Assembly (NCBI GenBank): GCA_046757025.1
Contig: JBHHXN010000006.1
Location: 25,944-89,943, forward strand
Source: a bacterium
Lineage (GTDB): Bacteria > Zhuqueibacterota > Zhuqueibacteria > Oceanimicrobiales > Oceanimicrobiaceae
Reading direction: 5' to 3'
Length of the DNA: 64,000 nucleotides
Shown here: piece by piece, positions 49,324 through 58,707 of the stretch
Numbering within the stretch: the stretch's first letter is position 1
Layout: the number at the start of each line of letters is the position of its first letter
The notes under the pieces: generated by a model
The model's database searches: none
What the model was told of the DNA's origin: nothing
Seen by the model: the letters and a program-made list of their open reading frames with translations, nothing else
Position numbers and translations under genes: made by a program

Positions 49324-52122
49324 CTAATTGTCCCCTTTTTTCATAAAGAGATTTAGTGCGGCCGGCAAAAGCGTCAGGGAAGAAATCAAGCACAAGGTGA
49401 TGCCGATGAATAAAATCAAACCCAGGGAGCCGATCCCGAGGTGATCGCTGGTGGCCAAAATTCCAAATCCGATCATGGTGGTGAGGGAACTGAAAAGCAC
49501 GGCTTTCGCGGCGCCGTGGTAAATGTCGATGGAATTTTGCTTCCAGGCGCGCACCAGATGGATGCCGCTGTCCACACCGATGCCGATCAAAATGGGCAGG
49601 GCAAAAAAGTTGGCGAAATTCCAGTAAATTTTTCCGGGAAGCCATTGCATCAGCCCCAATAACACACCCACACTTGAAATGAGAGGTAAAAGGGAGAAGA
49701 GGGTGGAACGCATAGAACGAGTCCAGAGCAGCAGCAAGATCAAAATGGCGATCAAAGCATAGGTTGCGGAATACAAAAAGCTGCGAATCAATGAACGACC
49801 GTTTTCATAAAGGGCAACGATTTCACCAAAAATGTTGGGATCGATCTTGCGTGTGCGCGTTACGAATTCCTCCAGCTCACGACGATTCCAGGTGTTGTTG
49901 GCCGGGTAGATCAACAGCGCCACCGAACCGTCCTTGCCCTGAAACCGCTCTCGCAAAGAAAGCGGAATTTGCGCGAGGGTCAGGGGCGGCGGATCAAGAT
50001 AGACCAGCACTTCTTTGAGCAGGGTGCGGACCGCCTGAATAAGATCGCTTTGCAAGCTTTGCAACCGTTTTAAACTAACCTCTGCAGGAAGATCGTTCAA
50101 AGTTCGATATAAACCATCCACGGTTCCGGCCAGCTCCGCCAGTGCCGCTTTCGCTTTTTCACTGCTCTGGCGGTATTTGCGGACGGTTTGCCGCACATTC
50201 CACAGCCGACGTTTGACATTGAAAAGCGAAACTTCGGCAGAATTTGAAATGTTGACCCGGGCAAGTTTCTTATGGATGGCCTGCAAAAGCTGCCTTTTCT
50301 GTGCCTCTTCGGCCGGGTACAAACTTTCGGTTCGTCTTACAAACTCCGTCGCGACCAGCAACTTTGCGCGAGTCTGCTCCATGGATGGCCGGTCCGGATG
50401 CAAACTGATGGCAAAATTCGTGCGGTCGTCGGTTGCAAGCAGCAGACGCTGCCATTTCTTCGCTTTCCCTTCCAGGGCTTGCAAATTCAATAAATTGGTG
50501 TCGAAGTCATACTGCCCGAAAAAGTAACCTGCGGATACGAGCAGTATCGCCGCCGTCAGGAACAGACTGAGCTTGTTTCGTGGAGTTTGCTCAAAGGGTA
50601 CCTGCAACGGCAGGATTTCCGCCATGGAGCGCAGACGAAATGATTTTACTATCTTGGGAAATCGCGTATCCAGCAAAAACAACATAGCTGGATAGATCAG
50701 GATCATGCATGATAAACAAATCAACAAACCCGCACCCGCGATGATTCCCAGCTCGGACAGCCCGGAAAATTCGGTGAAGTACGCAGACAGAAAAGCCACG
50801 CCAGTGGTCAATCCGCCCATCCACAAAGCACTGCCAATGGTGTGATAAGTTTTCTCGATGGCCTGAGCCGGGGAGTGCCCCGCATTGAGGGCTTGCTCAT
50901 AGTGGGTGACAAAGTGGATGGAAAAATCGATCCCGAGCGCAACCAGGATCACCGTAAAAACCATGGCCAACAAATTCAAGTGGCCGATGAACAGATAGAC
51001 AAATCCAAAAGTCATGCCGATGGCCAGACACAGGCACAGCGTTGCCAGCGCCGGCCGCAACAGGTTGCCAAAACCAAATGCAAATAAAAGTGTCACCCCC
51101 AAAAGGGCTATCAGCGTACTGCGGGTGAAATCCCGGCGCGTGGTTTTCATTTCTTCGTATTCCAGCGCCGGTACGCCGGCTAACCCCCCGGTAATGTTTA
51201 ACGAATCCGGGAGCGTGCGCAAGGCTGTCCGTAGAGCCTGTTCGGCAAACTGCATGCCTTCCGCATATTGATTCTGCCGATTGGGGTCGGCATGGATGTT
51301 GGCAAAAACCGTCAGCAGCCGACCGTCGTTGGTAAAGAAAAATCCATCACGATCGTACGCGCCATTGCTGAATACAGAAGGCAGCTCATTTTTTAAATCG
51401 AGCGGTTTTTTGAGGTTTGAGCCCGTTTGCTGCAATTCAAGCTGCAGCCACTTAAAGAACTGATTTAATCCACCTAAAAGCATAGGCAGGCGGCGGGAAT
51501 CTCCGGGCAAAGAATCCACCTGCATATACTTCGACAAAATGGAGAGCAGATGATCCAGCGTGGGATTTTGTGACCAGGTTTGTATTTCCGGCAGTTTGTC
51601 GTTGATAAAAAGGAGCATTTCATCAAGCGCCTGTTTGGGCACATATAGTAGGGCCAGCGGACCAAGTGCGTCCCAGTCGATTCGTTCTAAAATTTTTGGA
51701 AAAAGATCAGACCGCTGCCGCAGTAGTTCAGCCCAACGCGCGGCTGCCTGCTTCATGGCCTGCCGTTGTGACTTGTCCGGCAACGCAGGTAAAGCCCCTG
51801 CAGCTTCCTGTAGAGTGGAGCTTAACACCAGCACCAGGAATTTGTCGTCGCCAAATTCGGTTAGATATTTTTGGTAGGAGCGGTTGGCTTCTAACCGGGG
51901 GTTAACCAGTACGCGGCGATCCGAAATTATTTTTAATCTAAAAAAATAAACATAACCACCGAAACTGGCCAGGATGCAGGCGAGGATGATGGCGGCAACC
52001 GGAGTGCGCACCGGAATTTGACGCACTTTAAGCTCGAAATTTACTAAGAATCGAAAAAAGGTGGAAGCAAAAGCTGCAACGGAATTTTTCTTAATCTGAT
52101 TCTCAGACGACGGCAACTTCAT
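49324..52122 (-). CDS. MMPL/RND family transporter (HpnN/BstA-like)
   Basis: Two halves, each with a large periplasmic loop; LGIDFSIH and IGVDSGIH GxD motifs; SSLTTMIGFG. Confidence 0.88.
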   Translation of the reverse strand: MKLPSSENQIKKNSVAAFASTFFRFLVNFELKVRQIPVRTPVAAIILACILASFGGYVYFFRLKIISDRRVLVNPRLEANRSYQKYLTEFGDDKFLVLVLSSTLQEAAGALPALPDKSQRQAMKQAAARWAELLRQRSDLFPKILERIDWDALGPLALLYVPKQALDEMLLFINDKLPEIQTWSQNPTLDHLLSILSKYMQVDSLPGDSRRLPMLLGGLNQFFKWLQLELQQTGSNLKKPLDLKNELPSVFSNGAYDRDGFFFTNDGRLLTVFANIHADPNRQNQYAEGMQFAEQALRTALRTLPDSLNITGGLAGVPALEYEEMKTTRRDFTRSTLIALLGVTLLFAFGFGNLLRPALATLCLCLAIGMTFGFVYLFIGHLNLLAMVFTVILVALGIDFSIHFVTHYEQALNAGHSPAQAIEKTYHTIGSALWMGGLTTGVAFLSAYFTEFSGLSELGIIAGAGLLICLSCMILIYPAMLFLLDTRFPKIVKSFRLRSMAEILPLQVPFEQTPRNKLSLFLTAAILLVSAGYFFGQYDFDTNLLNLQALEGKAKKWQRLLLATDDRTNFAISLHPDRPSMEQTRAKLLVATEFVRRTESLYPAEEAQKRQLLQAIHKKLARVNISNSAEVSLFNVKRRLWNVRQTVRKYRQSSEKAKAALAELAGTVDGLYRTLNDLPAEVSLKRLQSLQSDLIQAVRTLLKEVLVYLDPPPLTLAQIPLSLRERFQGKDGSVALLIYPANNTWNRRELEEFVTRTRKIDPNIFGEIVALYENGRSLIRSFLYSATYALIAILILLLLWTRSMRSTLFSLLPLISSVGVLLGLMQWLPGKIYWNFANFFALPILIGIGVDSGIHLVRAWKQNSIDIYHGAAKAVLFSSLTTMIGFGILATSDHLGIGSLGLILFIGITLCLISSLTLLPAALNLFMKKGDN

Positions 52123-52125
52123 ACA

Positions 52126-54885
52126 CTACAAAGACTGCGTAATGCGCATCCAGGCCAGCCGGCCGATCTCTGGCAATCCCACAAATTCTCGGTGTTTATT
52201 GTTCATGAGATTCTGGATGGTCAAAGTTAATTTTGTGTTGTCAGAAAAGGGCAATTGGTAGCTGGTGTTTAAATCTACTACCGTGTACCTTTCTACTTCG
52301 CCAACGAAAATGCCGGAATTTACCGGAAATCCATCGATAAATCGGAATCTGAGATTACCGTCAAAACCCGCTTCGTCGTTGCGATAATTGATGATCGCAC
52401 CGATTTTATTTTTGGGCGCGTTCAATGCAATATCGGAGCGACCGTCTTTGCTTTCAAAATAATCTTTGTCGATATACGAATAATTGCCGGTGATATTCCA
52501 ATTTTTGTTCAGAAAGTAAGTCAGACTCAAATCCAGGCCGGTGACCGAAACGTCGCCGACGTTGCGGTAGGTGAGAATGATATCGGTGCCATTTTGAACT
52601 TCCACTGGCGAAATAATCCCGATGGGCAAGGTGGCAAATTCCGGATTGCGGGTAAATTGCGTGACCAGGTCCTTTGCCAGTTGCGGTGTGAGAATGGTGT
52701 TGGCCACGATGTCGTTGATGAGCACGGTTTCCAGGGCGTCCACATCCACAAACACGCTGGGGGTTTCCGTGCGCAAGGGGCCCACAAAATCTTTGATGCG
52801 CGAATGATACACATCCACACTGGCGAGGAACTTGTGACTCAATAATCCCTTGTAACCCAATTCAAAGGTCGTGGTGGAGGATTCGGCAACAGAACGAATG
52901 TCGCGCACAAAAGTTGGGTCGATGGGATCAAATTGCTGGGTTTCGGTGTTTAACACTCCCAGAATGCCGGGAACGGTTTCGCTGAGCTCTTTTGGCAGAA
53001 TATTCGCGATTAAATTTCTTTGTGCCGCCGGTGTGCCGGCGATAATCAAATCGCGCATGGCCGGCCACACCGTGTTTACGTCCGCAGGTATGTAGGTGTT
53101 GGCGGTGGGGATTCGGCCTTTGGAGGCTAAATACTCACCAAAGGAGGAAACCATCATCGGCCGTCCGTCGGCGCCAAATCTAAAATTGAATCCGGTTGGC
53201 CAGGTTCCCAATGCCCGGACATTGGTGAGCGTCTCTCCAAAAAAAGGCACCAGTAGCGGATCGATAGCAGCCGTGGGCTGCGTGCCGCCCAGGTTGTCCG
53301 AAAACAGGTTGTCAGAGGTTGGCGTACTAAACGCTTTGTTAAAGGTGACCCGTAAATTTCCCGCCTGGTTGGGTTTAAACACCAGTGCCGTTCGGGGGGA
53401 AAAATTCAAGCCGTCTAAACGACTGTGATCGTCGATGCGTGCGGCCACAATGAATTTGAATTTTGAAGACAAGTTGGTTTCCGATTGCAAATAAGCGCCG
53501 ATTTCATCCACGTTGTCGTGATCTTCATTGCGGCCATTTATCGTGCCTTGGGTATCGGGACGGGTGAGAAGTAAATCCAAACCGTAGGTAAAATGTTGAG
53601 TGTCGCCGATTGAAAAATTGTGTTGAGCCTGTGCCACAAACAAACTGGAGTTGTTGATGACCGTCTGGCCGGTCCGCAAAAAGTAAGTGTCGCCGGTGTT
53701 TATTTTATTCAGGAAGACCTGCGCAAAGAGATTTTTGTAGAGCAATCGTCCCTGAATGTATTTGAAGCTGGCATTCAAGGCCTGGGCCGCGCCTTGATTG
53801 GTGATCTCGATGTTGTCGCCACGACTGAATCCACCGTTAACGATGAAGCTCAATTCGGGGGTCAAACGAAAATCGACCCGGCCGTCAAACGCGGTGCTTT
53901 CGATGTCAAAAATTCGGGCGCCGATGCGCAGGGTATCGGGGTCCGCGCCGGCGTCGAGAGCATCCTGTCGCGCATTTTGCTCAGCCTGGTCGATGGATTC
54001 GAAATCATCGCCTTTGTAGTACTGAACAGAAAATTTGTAACCAATTTTGTTGTTTAAAACTCCAGCATGTCGAATGGTGCCAATGAGCACATTTCGTTCG
54101 CCTCCGCCCACGCTCACTGCCGTGCCTTTGGAATCAAACGGCGATTTCGTGAGCACGTGCATGACGCCGTTGGCGCTGTTTGGACCGTACAGCGCGGAGG
54201 CCGGTCCCGACACCACTTCGATGCGTTCCACATCCAGATTGCTGGTGGGAATTAATTGAAACGCGTTCAACCGCACTGCGGGAATGCGGGTTATGCGATT
54301 GTCCACCATGGACAGGAGGGAGCCTGAAAAAAGGTCGTTGAAGCCGCGAATCACCACGCGCGATTGATTGAGCCCGGCTGTGATGATGTCCACGGACGGC
54401 AAAGCTTTGAGATGCTCGGTTGCTGTGAGCGCCATACGAGATTCGATGGCAGACGATTCCACCACCGAGATGGAGGCCGGCGCATCCAGCATTTTTTCTT
54501 TGCGACGCGAAGCCGAGACCGTCACCGGATTGACTTGAATGCCGGTAGAAACAAGTTTAATTTCAAGAGTTTTCGTATCGCCGTCCCCAAGGATTAAATC
54601 CGAAATGCGATGCTTTTTATAGCCGATGTAAGAGATCGTCACTGTATAGGTGGCGGGCGGCAAATTGCTGATCACGAATTCTCCTGAGGAACCGGACGCG
54701 GTGCCAGTCTTGATTTCCGAAGATGAGATGACGATGTTTGCACCAGGCAGCGTTGTGCCCGTTTTCGAATCCTGGACCATGCCTTTGATTGTGGCAGTTT
54801 GAGCATAAACGGATACGGGAAAATCACCTGCTAAAAAAAGAAGTGAGATGATAATAATCGGGACCAACGGTTTTGATTTCGACAT
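52126..54885 (-). CDS. TonB-dependent receptor with N-terminal carboxypeptidase-regulatory-like domain
   Basis: Signal peptide, ISYIGY, VTVSASRR..APASISVV plug, ERIEVVSGPASALYG, NLMN near the C-terminus. Confidence 0.92.
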   Translation of the reverse strand: MSKSKPLVPIIIISLLFLAGDFPVSVYAQTATIKGMVQDSKTGTTLPGANIVISSSEIKTGTASGSSGEFVISNLPPATYTVTISYIGYKKHRISDLILGDGDTKTLEIKLVSTGIQVNPVTVSASRRKEKMLDAPASISVVESSAIESRMALTATEHLKALPSVDIITAGLNQSRVVIRGFNDLFSGSLLSMVDNRITRIPAVRLNAFQLIPTSNLDVERIEVVSGPASALYGPNSANGVMHVLTKSPFDSKGTAVSVGGGERNVLIGTIRHAGVLNNKIGYKFSVQYYKGDDFESIDQAEQNARQDALDAGADPDTLRIGARIFDIESTAFDGRVDFRLTPELSFIVNGGFSRGDNIEITNQGAAQALNASFKYIQGRLLYKNLFAQVFLNKINTGDTYFLRTGQTVINNSSLFVAQAQHNFSIGDTQHFTYGLDLLLTRPDTQGTINGRNEDHDNVDEIGAYLQSETNLSSKFKFIVAARIDDHSRLDGLNFSPRTALVFKPNQAGNLRVTFNKAFSTPTSDNLFSDNLGGTQPTAAIDPLLVPFFGETLTNVRALGTWPTGFNFRFGADGRPMMVSSFGEYLASKGRIPTANTYIPADVNTVWPAMRDLIIAGTPAAQRNLIANILPKELSETVPGILGVLNTETQQFDPIDPTFVRDIRSVAESSTTTFELGYKGLLSHKFLASVDVYHSRIKDFVGPLRTETPSVFVDVDALETVLINDIVANTILTPQLAKDLVTQFTRNPEFATLPIGIISPVEVQNGTDIILTYRNVGDVSVTGLDLSLTYFLNKNWNITGNYSYIDKDYFESKDGRSDIALNAPKNKIGAIINYRNDEAGFDGNLRFRFIDGFPVNSGIFVGEVERYTVVDLNTSYQLPFSDNTKLTLTIQNLMNNKHREFVGLPEIGRLAWMRITQSL

Positions 54886-54984
54886 GCTTTTTTCTCCCTC
54901 AGATATGATCAAGAATTGCTCATCTTGATGAATGTGATGAATAATAATAAATTAACTTAAGATTGTCAACAGTTAAATATTGGA

Positions 54985-55370
54985 ATCTGCATATCATTTG
55001 ATATTAAGAATTTTTACGATTTGGAGAGTTAGACACCCACCTAAATCCTCCTTCGAGGGAGGACTTCTTTTAACACTTGGGGGGGATGAAAGGGGGGGGG
55101 GGGCGCATCCACCGCCTCCGTTCAATCGTCATCTTTGAGTTTGAGTTTCAGTGGACCTTCTGAGCTATTTTGTGTGGGAGTCGCACGTGCCCTCTCGGTC
55201 TGTTGAGCAGGACCCTTGAGGGGAGAAGCGATTTAAGCGAGCAAAGGGGGTTTTTGTGTTTAGAAACTCCGTTTGGAATCTGGATTTCGTTTTATATTCA
55301 AAACCTTTGCGATTTGGAGAGTTAGATACCCACCTAAATCCTCCCTCAAGGGGAGAAGCGGTTTTCCCCC
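54985..55370. repeat. Degenerate dispersed repeat: two GTTAGA(C/T)ACCCACCTAAA-hairpin units
   Basis: Units ending near 55065 and 55355 match each other and 61795-61875. Region 55130-55370 aligns loosely with 61620-61910. Confidence 0.7.
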
Positions 55371-55426
55371 TTTAACTCGTTGGGTGACACCCAGAAGAAA
55401 AATCAACTAACAAAAATGGTAGAATT

Positions 55427-55469
55427 AAAAACGGAAATAGTCCAGCCAATTTGGCTGAACTATTTCCGT
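55427..55469 (-). terminator. Intrinsic terminator downstream of the second TBDR
   Basis: ACGGAAATAG-TCCAGCCAA / TTGGCTGAA-CTATTTCCGT hairpin, followed by a U tract on the minus strand. Confidence 0.65.
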
Positions 55470-55483
55470 CAGTTGATTGTCAA

Positions 55484-58087
55484 TCAGAACTTAAACCCAA
55501 GCCTGGTAAAATAAAACGTACCGCTAAATCCCATTTGTACAGCATCCCAGACTCCGCCGGTTTCGGTTTCGGTGTCCTGTTGGCTTGGATAGACATTAAA
55601 TAAATTTGCAGCCCCCAGATGCAGCGAAAGATTGTTTGAAAGGTCGTAGCCCACGGTTAAATCTGTCACGGCTTTTGATTTATAAACATCGTTGGTTCCC
55701 AACCAATCCTCAAGCACGACTTCACCAAATCGAACAAAGCGCAGATTAGCGCTAAATCGATTGATTTTGTAATCGATGGTTAAATTTATTTTGTTGTCCG
55801 GAGCAGACGCCAGCAGGAATTTTTGTTCGCGGCTGCCAAAGTAAATATCTTCTTTTCCTTTTAATTTTGGGCTGGTAGTAATGTCGCCCAGCTCCATATC
55901 ATTGAAATTACCCGCAAACGTCGCACGAATGCGGCTGTTGTTGCCCAGCAAAGTGGACCAGCTTAAGACCACATCCAGTCCTTTGGTTTGAGTGTCGATG
56001 GCATTGGTGAAAAACTGGGCGGCGCCGACGTTGAGTACCTGCAGCTCAGCTCCGATATCTGGGTCGGTGTCTTCGAAAGCACCCGTCAAAACGATGCGGT
56101 CTTTGATGTCCACAATATAGCCATCCACTGTGGCGGTGAAGCTACCAAACGATGCGGTGAAACCCACGCTGGCGTTGACTGCGGTTTCTTCTTTTAGTTT
56201 TGGAATGCCCAGGGCGCGGGTGATGGGGCTGTCATTTTTTGCGATGAGTTTGTCTACTGGTACCCCTGCTACAAAATCGGTAAAAGTGGAATTAAAATAA
56301 ATTTGAGCCAGAGAGGGGGCCCTGAAACCTGAACTCACTGACGCCCGTAAAGCAAAGCCATCCGTCAGGCTCAGGCGGGAAGCCAACTTACCGTTTACCG
56401 TGCTTCCGAAATCGCTATAATCTTCAAATCGCACCGCCGCTCCGATCATAAATTTATCTGTAAAATCGAATTCAGCATCTACATACCCACCGAGGTTGGT
56501 GCGGAATTCATCCAGCTCATTGGATGGCTGAAAACCTGGAAAACCCTGAGAGCCGCCCGGTCTTCCGAGTACATCGATTTGCGAAACCACGCCGTTTATC
56601 ACTGTATCCACAATACCGTAGTTTTTCCATGAACCTTCTTCGCCAGCGAATATCTCATAGTTGTCGATTCGGTATTCCACTCCCAAAGCGATGTTCACCC
56701 CGTTAAACAGGTTAGGAAAAAATCTGCTCAAGTTCAGTCCGGTGGTATTCTGGCTCAATTGAAATCCACCTGCATCAAATCGTGTTGGGGATTTTTCCAA
56801 CAGCGATGCATTCAAAGTTCCATCTATGATGTAGTGGAAGCGATTGGAACCGAAAGTATTGTTAAAATCGAGATCCCAGCCTTTCACTTGCGTGCGAATA
56901 CCGGCCGATATGGATTTATCTGTTATATTCGATGTAATATGCGGATTGAATCCCGTCGGATAAATCGTTGGGATGTTGCGGTTGCTGTCCGGATCCCGTG
57001 TCCAAGCAAAGGCGTCGGTAAAGCGGTGGTTAAAGCCGCCAAATGCATAAAAGCGCGTATTTTCATTGATGGCAATTCCTGAGTTAAAAATGGCAGCGAA
57101 ATTGTCAGCAGAGGCATCACCAAACTGTTGCCGGTAGATATCAAAAGCGGCCGGGTCCGCAGGACGATTTGTGCGATTTTTCGCCAGATAATCGATGGTA
57201 AAATTAGTGAATCCGCTTTCTCCGATTCGAATCCCATAATTTCCACTTACATTGTAGGATTCGCCGTCATAATCCTCTGGTACCAGTACTTTAAAATCAG
57301 AGCCGGGATCCGCTTTGTTCACGCCACTCGTGACGCTACCGGTAAATTCCTCCACGCTTGATTTTAGAACCACGTTGATCACACCAGCAATGGCATCGGA
57401 ACCGTATTGTGCACTGGCACCATCGCGTAGAATTTCAATGCGTTCAATGGCGGCAGCCGGTATGGTATTCAAATCCGTGCCGGTGTTGCCCCGGCCCCGG
57501 GAACCAAAAATGTTGATCAATGAAGATTGATGACGGCGTTTCCCGTTGATGAGCACCAGGGTTTGATCCGGGCCCAAGCCTCTTAATGTTGCCGGGTCAA
57601 TATGGTCGGCGCCATCTGCACCGGATTGTCGGGTGGCATTGAATGACGGCGCGACATATTGCAATAATTGATTGATATCTAACTGACCAGAATTGCGGGT
57701 TACGTCGCGTATTTCAATAATATCGACGGCCACGGGTGTTTCAATGGCGGTTCTATTATAGCTTCGTGAGCCCACAACCTGAATATCTCCCAGTTGGATG
57801 ATGCCTTGTTCCAGTGTAATGTCCAGTTCGGTTTGTCCTTCCAGAGTGACTTGCTGTGTTGCATAACCGATGTAACTAAATACCAGTACGGCATTGGGAG
57901 AGCTCACTCGTAAATTGTACTCGCCATGAAGGTTGGTCGAAGTACCGTTGAAGGTTCCTTTTTCGAGAATATTTACACCGTACAAAGGTTCTCCGGTGGA
58001 ATCCTGAACTTTCCCCTTGATAGCGTGTTGCGCGACGGCAAACACTGGAAAGAGTATGCATAACGCGAAAGTAAGTAGTTTTTTCAT
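55484..58087 (-). CDS. TonB-dependent receptor (SusC-like N-terminus)
   Basis: GTSTNLHGEY..FSYIGY, LRGLGPDQTLVLINGKRRH, IERIEILRDGASAQYGSDAIAGVIN, terminal F. Confidence 0.94.
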   Translation of the reverse strand: MKKLLTFALCILFPVFAVAQHAIKGKVQDSTGEPLYGVNILEKGTFNGTSTNLHGEYNLRVSSPNAVLVFSYIGYATQQVTLEGQTELDITLEQGIIQLGDIQVVGSRSYNRTAIETPVAVDIIEIRDVTRNSGQLDINQLLQYVAPSFNATRQSGADGADHIDPATLRGLGPDQTLVLINGKRRHQSSLINIFGSRGRGNTGTDLNTIPAAAIERIEILRDGASAQYGSDAIAGVINVVLKSSVEEFTGSVTSGVNKADPGSDFKVLVPEDYDGESYNVSGNYGIRIGESGFTNFTIDYLAKNRTNRPADPAAFDIYRQQFGDASADNFAAIFNSGIAINENTRFYAFGGFNHRFTDAFAWTRDPDSNRNIPTIYPTGFNPHITSNITDKSISAGIRTQVKGWDLDFNNTFGSNRFHYIIDGTLNASLLEKSPTRFDAGGFQLSQNTTGLNLSRFFPNLFNGVNIALGVEYRIDNYEIFAGEEGSWKNYGIVDTVINGVVSQIDVLGRPGGSQGFPGFQPSNELDEFRTNLGGYVDAEFDFTDKFMIGAAVRFEDYSDFGSTVNGKLASRLSLTDGFALRASVSSGFRAPSLAQIYFNSTFTDFVAGVPVDKLIAKNDSPITRALGIPKLKEETAVNASVGFTASFGSFTATVDGYIVDIKDRIVLTGAFEDTDPDIGAELQVLNVGAAQFFTNAIDTQTKGLDVVLSWSTLLGNNSRIRATFAGNFNDMELGDITTSPKLKGKEDIYFGSREQKFLLASAPDNKINLTIDYKINRFSANLRFVRFGEVVLEDWLGTNDVYKSKAVTDLTVGYDLSNNLSLHLGAANLFNVYPSQQDTETETGGVWDAVQMGFSGTFYFTRLGFKF

Positions 58088-58707
58088 TTTAACGCCTTCC
58101 TCGAAAGATTCACGGTTTTCAGTGGATTAAAAACAAATTACATTTTTGTTACCACCTCCTTGATTCATGATGAAAGGAATATTGCTTTGCGTTTGCGGTT
58201 AATTTATTAATCTCAAATGACATGATAATAACGGTTTAGAGCTGGCAATTGAATTGAAAAATGAATGGTTTTATATCGTCATTCTATTGTTTCATGAAAA
58301 AATGAAAAGATGATTAGCGTTGTTGAATGGCAATAATATTATGCTGAGCAGATCAAGGTTGAGGAAATGGATGTGCATAATTATGTATGAAATTAGTTAA
58401 ATGATTTGAAAATCGCAAGTTCAATTTGCTCAAATCAATTCAATTCAAAAAATATATTTTAATCCGGGTTAAATAATTGTTGCGGTAGGAGATGTGATAT
58501 TTAGACGCTTCGCGCCAAACATCGACAATTTTTTGTCGCTATGTTGAAAGGTCTAAAAGCGCCAATTCCGGAATCCGTTGTCCCAAATCTGCAAAAGGAA
58601 TGTTTCGGAATTCCTTTGCACTTTGCTGCATCCGCCATCTTTTCACAGCCGCAACTGTCGTCTTTTACTGAAAAACCTCTAGGTATTGATTCGCGGCATT
58701 TTTTTTA

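Noticed and set aside
49322..49645. 108-aa N-terminal extension of the binding-protein ORF
   Set aside because: Overlaps the RND gene out of frame; ATG 49321 followed by a signal peptide is more plausible.
54985..55370. CRISPR array
   Set aside because: Only two degenerate units about 290 bp apart, no regular spacers and no cas genes.
58088..58700. Cobalamin or other riboswitch upstream of the TBDR
   Set aside because: AT-rich region with no recognisable conserved riboswitch boxes by eye; an Rfam scan would be needed to exclude one formally.
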